The translations under genes were made by a program, and so were the position numbers. The notes beneath the pieces are model-generated. The model searched no databases. It was not told the DNA's origin and saw only the letters and a list, made by a program, of their open reading frames with translations. A DNA stretch of 64,000 bases, taken from positions 224,001 to 288,000 of the forward strand of contig CAWCNY010000003.1 in NCBI GenBank assembly GCA_963797095.1, in the 5' to 3' direction. Of this stretch, positions 60,334-64,000 are shown in pieces. Numbering within the stretch: the stretch's first letter is position 1; each line of letters begins with the position of its first letter. This DNA is from an uncultured Chloroflexia bacterium (GTDB lineage Bacteria > Chloroflexota > Chloroflexia > QHBQ01 > JADMIH01).

Positions 60334-61397
60334 GACGCCACGACCTCCCTCGGCGCGACCTCCGGCAACAGCTGCCTGCCGCAAATCTTGTGCTCAACGA
60401 TATCCGCCAGCGCATCAGGGTGCCAGCGCCCGTTGACCGCCGCCCTGCCAAAACGCTGCTGAATATAGTCTACTCCTGCGCTGTTGTCGGTGGCTGGCCC
60501 CGAAATGCAATCCACCTGCAAACCGAACTGCCCCAGGAAAAGCAGACCACCCCAGGCCGCCACCAGGTCGTTAGCGCACAGCACGTGCGCCTTCACGTGC
60601 CCCATCAACTCGCCATCCTGAAGCAGCAGATCAACCCCGTAGTGCCCCATGATCCCATCCCCAAACTCCACAATAATGGCGTCAGGGTTGCTTTCGTTGA
60701 GGGCCGCAATTATGCCCTTCGCCGCTGGCACCAGGCAATCGTCGGTGTGTGTAGTCGAAGGCAGACCCGCATCGCTGAACGATAACGCATGTACCGCTCC
60801 TCTCGCCCGCATATTGAGCAGGTCGCGCTGAGTTGCTACCCCGGCCAGCTTGGCCGCCGCCACTCGGTAGCCCTTATCCCCTAAGATCCTGATGATCTCG
60901 CAGGCCGCAGTGGTCTTGCCTGCGTTCATACAGGTGCCGGAAACGAGGATAATAGGCGCGGAGCGAGAAAGGTGGCTCCGCCAGGGGAGCGCATAGTGGG
61001 CGATATTTGCGGGCTTGCCATCGACCACCGCCGCGCCAAGCACTCGCACAGGCAAAGGCAAACCGAAATCGGTGTTTATCGAGGAGCAAAGCCCTACCAC
61101 CCCACCCATATTGAGGATATGTAACACGTCGCCCTCGGAGACGCGGTCAGGGATCGCGCCGACGTATCCTTTCAGTGCCTGACGCTCCCCCAGTACCCCC
61201 GCGATTCGGTCGCCCTTGACAATCGGGGCCATTACCCCGCCAACCGTCTCAAGCTCTCCGTAGACATCTTTCTCTTCCAGGGCTTCGACTATCACTACCA
61301 TGCCCCGTTCGGCAGGAATCGTGCGGGTGATCTCAACCTCGCGAGGTAGCCCTACCCTCGTGGCGACCGAGGCGATCTTATCCAGCGTAATGCGCAT
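60330..61397 (-). CDS. DUF1611/DgcN-like P-loop protein, first gene of the arg operon
   Basis: Strong RBS (AAGGAGG); GTCMNAGKTT Walker A, AAAKLAG..RD, FSDAGLPST, IVEFGDG; translationally coupled to argC. Confidence 0.75.
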   Translation of the reverse strand: MRITLDKIASVATRVGLPREVEITRTIPAERGMVVIVEALEEKDVYGELETVGGVMAPIVKGDRIAGVLGERQALKGYVGAIPDRVSEGDVLHILNMGGVVGLCSSINTDFGLPLPVRVLGAAVVDGKPANIAHYALPWRSHLSRSAPIILVSGTCMNAGKTTAACEIIRILGDKGYRVAAAKLAGVATQRDLLNMRARGAVHALSFSDAGLPSTTHTDDCLVPAAKGIIAALNESNPDAIIVEFGDGIMGHYGVDLLLQDGELMGHVKAHVLCANDLVAAWGGLLFLGQFGLQVDCISGPATDNSAGVDYIQQRFGRAAVNGRWHPDALADIVEHKICGRQLLPEVAPREVVAS

Positions 61398-61579
61398 ATC
61401 TCCTCCTTCTCCCGCAACTCACATCGGCAAAAACCGGAGTGCGGTAGACGGCTCTGATGCCTATTGCGCGCAACGCTGGACGCAGGAAGGACGACGCTGT
61501 CATCGAGTGCCGGATTGAACCGGCGGTTTTCCCAGGGCTGGGGAACCTTGCTTACTTTCTCATACCAGGGTAAGGCATA

Positions 61580-61842
61580 CAAAAGCTCCCGCCCCCTGCA
61601 AGGGACGAGAGCCACATTACTCCCGCGGTGCCACCCTCATTGTCACATCAATCTTCTGTGACCGCTCATCGGTTGTTTGCTACGTGGTAACCATCCACCC
61701 CTCCTACTTGCACGCACCGGGGCGCGTACTTTCTTCGGCGGGCCGCTCTGTGGCGGGTTCCTTGCCGCAGGTACTTCGGGCTTCCACTCCCCCCGATTCG
61801 CTGAGCGTCCTTACAGCAATTACTATTCCACATCATCGCGGG
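61580..61842 (-). ncRNA. T-box riboswitch leader, Arg (CGC) specifier
   Basis: Minus strand: GA motif GCGATGA, AGTA, AGCGA and GTGGAAG distal motifs, specifier loop GAACC-CGC (61755-61753), T-box AGGGTGGCACCGCG (61637-61624), then terminator. Confidence 0.88.
61581..61612 (-). terminator. T-box intrinsic terminator
   Basis: GCTCTCGTCCCT-TGCA-GGGGGCGGGAGC-TTTT; CGTCCCT can alternatively pair with the T-box. Confidence 0.85.
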
Positions 61843-61880
61843 CGTGCGGCCAAAATGCCGCTATTCGCTTGTTGGGGAGT

Positions 61881-61909
61881 AGTTTACCACACGCCCCCAC
61901 ACGTGTCAA
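61881..61909 (-). promoter_or_regulatory. Sigma-70 promoter of the arg operon
   Basis: TTGACA-17 nt-TAAACT with TG extension. Confidence 0.8.
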
Positions 61910-61949
61910 GCACCGATTCGGCATTCAGCGTGATTGTTTACACGACGAA

Positions 61950-62089
61950 CTGGGGTATCCCGCGTTCTAGATTCAAGTTCGCTAACATACAACCTTTCTC
62001 TAAATAGCCAAAAATGGCGGCGACGCCGCCATTTTTGGCTATTTAGAAGTGCCCCTCCCCAAAATTTCGGGAGGGGTTGGGGTGGGGTC
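61950..62089 (+). repeat. Composite repeat copy D (degenerate unit, perfect 23-bp hairpin, CCCCTCCCC/G-tract)
   Basis: Arms 61999-62021 and 62025-62047; CCCCTCCCCAAAATTTCGGGAGGGGTTGGGGTGGGGTC. Confidence 0.85.
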
Positions 62090-62129
62090 TTCGCGCTCTC
62101 AATCTCTGACAGGATTATTAGCCATCCGC

Positions 62130-62158
62130 TTGCCACTTTCCCCCTGATAGGATATAAT
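62130..62158 (+). promoter_or_regulatory. Sigma-70 promoter of the cys operon
   Basis: TTGCCA-17 nt-TATAAT. Confidence 0.75.
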
Positions 62159-62206
62159 GGTAAGACTTGCACCGATCCCTCTAATTCAACAAGCAAGTCA
62201 AGCAAA

Positions 62207-62386
62207 ATGCAAAATCCGGACCGAAGAATTGTAGAGTTGCTAGCGGCGAGCACCAGCAAAGATTGTGGCTGTTGCTGCCGCTTCACCATGGCACGCGCAC
62301 CTCGGGGCGCTGCCCACTCCGACCGGTCCGATCCCTCGTTGTCTTGTCATAATCCGGTGGCGATGAAGCTACCTGATGGTGCGTAG
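62207..62386 (+). CDS. Putative Cys-cluster leader peptide (59 aa)
   Basis: MQNPDRR..KDCGCCCRF..; TGT GGC TGT TGC TGC at 62264-62278; lies between the promoter and a terminator; no clear SD. Confidence 0.45.
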   Translation: MQNPDRRIVELLAASTSKDCGCCCRFTMARAPRGAAHSDRSDPSLSCHNPVAMKLPDGA

Positions 62387-62410
62387 AGGCACAGCAATAC
62401 CTGAACCAGG

Positions 62411-62441
62411 AAAGGGCCGACCGGCATGGTTGGTCTTTTTT
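62411..62441 (+). terminator. Intrinsic terminator in the cysteine synthase leader
   Basis: GGGCCGACC-GGCAT-GGTTGGTCT stem followed by a T-run, 25 nt before the start codon. Confidence 0.75.
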
Positions 62442-62466
62442 GTTTCCCTCTCAGGAGGCAGGTTTG

Positions 62467-63498
62467 ATGCATCAGGCACACGCCACAATACCAGGCATCC
62501 CCTCACTCTATCGCGAGCGTAGGGCCGATGTAACAGAATACATAGGCAACACCCCTCTCCTCAGGCTGGCCCACATCGAGCAACAGTACGGCCTACCCGC
62601 AGGCGTAGAACTCCATGCCAAGGCAGAGTTCTTCAACCCCGGCGGCTCCGTAAAAGACCGCGCGGCCCTCTACATGATCCGCGACGGCGAGCAGCGCGGC
62701 CTCCTCTCCCCAGGCAAAACCATTCTCGACGCCAGTTCGGGCAACACAGGCATAGCCTACGCCATGATCGGCGCTTCCCTCGGCTACAAAGTCGAGATCT
62801 GCCTCCCCGAATTTGCCAGCCCTGAGCGTAAGCGCCTGCTCAAGCTCTACGGAGCCAACATCATCTACACCCCCGCTGCCGACGGCACCGACGGCGCGAT
62901 CCTCGAAGCCCGACGCCGCCACAACGAACATCCCGATCTCTACTTCTATCCCGACCAGTACAACAACCCCGCCAACTGGTGGGCCCACTACTACGGTACC
63001 GGACCCGAGGTATGGCAGCAAACCCAGGGCAAGATCACCCACTTCGTAGCTGTGGTCGGCACCTCTGGCACCTTCACAGGCACCTCCCGCCGCCTCAAAT
63101 CCTACAACTCGCAAATCGAAATAGCCGAAGTCCAACCCGAATCCGCCTTCCACGGCCTCGAAGGCGTGAAGCACATGCCAACCGCCATAGTGCCCGGCAT
63201 CTACGACCCCAACCTCGCCGACCGCCACCTCACCGTCAGCACCGAGCAAGCCCAGCAAATGACCCGCGCCCTCGCGCGTCACGAAGGCATCCTGGCAGGT
63301 CCATCGGGCGGCGCGGGCGTGCTGGCCGCCGTCCAGGTGGCCCGTTCCCTCACCAAGGGTGTTGTAGTAACCGTCCTCCCCGACGGAGGCAGCCGCTACC
63401 TCGGCGACGCCTTCTGGGAGGAAGATGAGCGCACTGGAACCAGCAGGTGTAGGGGCGAGGCATGCCTCGCCCCCATTGGGGGCGAATACTCTCCATAA
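62467..63498 (+). CDS. cysM: PLP-dependent cysteine synthase (CysM-like)
   Basis: IGNTPL, NPGGSVKDR, SSGNTG, GTSGT, PDGGSRYL; adjacent to a JAB gene. Confidence 0.88.
   Translation: MHQAHATIPGIPSLYRERRADVTEYIGNTPLLRLAHIEQQYGLPAGVELHAKAEFFNPGGSVKDRAALYMIRDGEQRGLLSPGKTILDASSGNTGIAYAMIGASLGYKVEICLPEFASPERKRLLKLYGANIIYTPAADGTDGAILEARRRHNEHPDLYFYPDQYNNPANWWAHYYGTGPEVWQQTQGKITHFVAVVGTSGTFTGTSRRLKSYNSQIEIAEVQPESAFHGLEGVKHMPTAIVPGIYDPNLADRHLTVSTEQAQQMTRALARHEGILAGPSGGAGVLAAVQVARSLTKGVVVTVLPDGGSRYLGDAFWEEDERTGTSRCRGEACLAPIGGEYSP
63449..63473 (+). repeat. REP palindrome within the 3' end of the cysteine synthase ORF
   Basis: GTAGGGGCGAGGCATGCCTCGCCCC. Confidence 0.7.
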
Positions 63499-63550
63499 TC
63501 AACAACAAACTTCTCTTGGGCATGACATGAGGAATCAGGAGGACCAACGA

Positions 63551-63988
63551 ATGAATGTACACATGGAGGAATGTGCCCGCGATTCGATCACGCGGCACGC
63601 CGAATCGGGGTATCCGAACGAGATCTGCGGGATCCTGCTCGGCAAAGAGGTTGACGGCAGGCGTGTGATAATGAACTCCATGCCAATCGAAAACTCCTTC
63701 GAGACCGATGAGCAATACCACCGCTTCCGCATTACCCCCCAGGCTATGCTGGCCGCCGAAAGACTCGCCGGCCGCGACCGCATGGATGTGCTCGGCGTCT
63801 ACCACTCCCACCCCAATTCCCCCGCCCGCCCCTCCGAATACGACCGCGATCACGCCGCCTGGACCGCCTGGACCTACGTTATCATATCCGTCATAGACGG
63901 CAACCCCGCCGACTTGCGCGCCTGGAAGCTCGAAGACGACCGCAGCGCCTTCAGCGAGATAGAACTGGCGGTAGAAGTCGCAAGCTAA
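63551..63988 (+). CDS. JAB/MPN (M67, Mec-like) metallopeptidase
   Basis: YPNEICGILLG and YHSHPNSPARPSEYD (HxH-x7-S-x2-D); start uncertain. Confidence 0.92.
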   Translation: MNVHMEECARDSITRHAESGYPNEICGILLGKEVDGRRVIMNSMPIENSFETDEQYHRFRITPQAMLAAERLAGRDRMDVLGVYHSHPNSPARPSEYDRDHAAWTAWTYVIISVIDGNPADLRAWKLEDDRSAFSEIELAVEVAS

Positions 63989-64000
63989 ATCACCTCCGTA

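Noticed and set aside
62290-62410. SAM-I, SAH or T-box riboswitch before cysM
   Set aside because: Only fragmentary resemblance (GGGGCGCTGC, CGATGAA); core conserved motifs not found by eye

Overview
Bacterial chromosomal window, most likely Chloroflexota. The basis is two secreted proteins carrying the FPETG..YFERAVFE surface repeat, a T-box leader and an F420-type LLM enzyme. The + strand is strongly C-rich regardless of gene orientation. Core content: an FRG/AlkZ/Nth DNA-repair cluster, MFS and ABC transporters, deoC plus a double-domain aldehyde dehydrogenase, an osmoprotectant ABC operon, two-component systems and ECF sigma factors. At the right end, an arginine operon (DUF1611-like gene, argC, argD, argB, carA, carB) lies under an Arg(CGC) T-box, divergent from a cysteine synthase/JAB operon that is preceded by a Cys-cluster leader ORF and a terminator. 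An accessory segment of about 16.7 kb (19858 to about 36570) lacks the skew. It begins at a 985-bp Tn3-type IR-bounded non-autonomous element and carries a redox/sulfur-stress gene set, a two-tyrosine-recombinase element and a truncated MalT-like regulator. Three toxin-antitoxin-like modules are decayed, and several intergenic repeat families recur. Top leads: (1) the DUF1611/DgcN-like gene as a candidate non-canonical N-acetylglutamate synthase; (2) a candidate cysteine-sensing attenuator; (3) a composite repeat family (56-bp unit, hairpin, G4 motif); (4) the HTH-only Tn3 mini-element. All calls come from reading the sequence; no searches were run.
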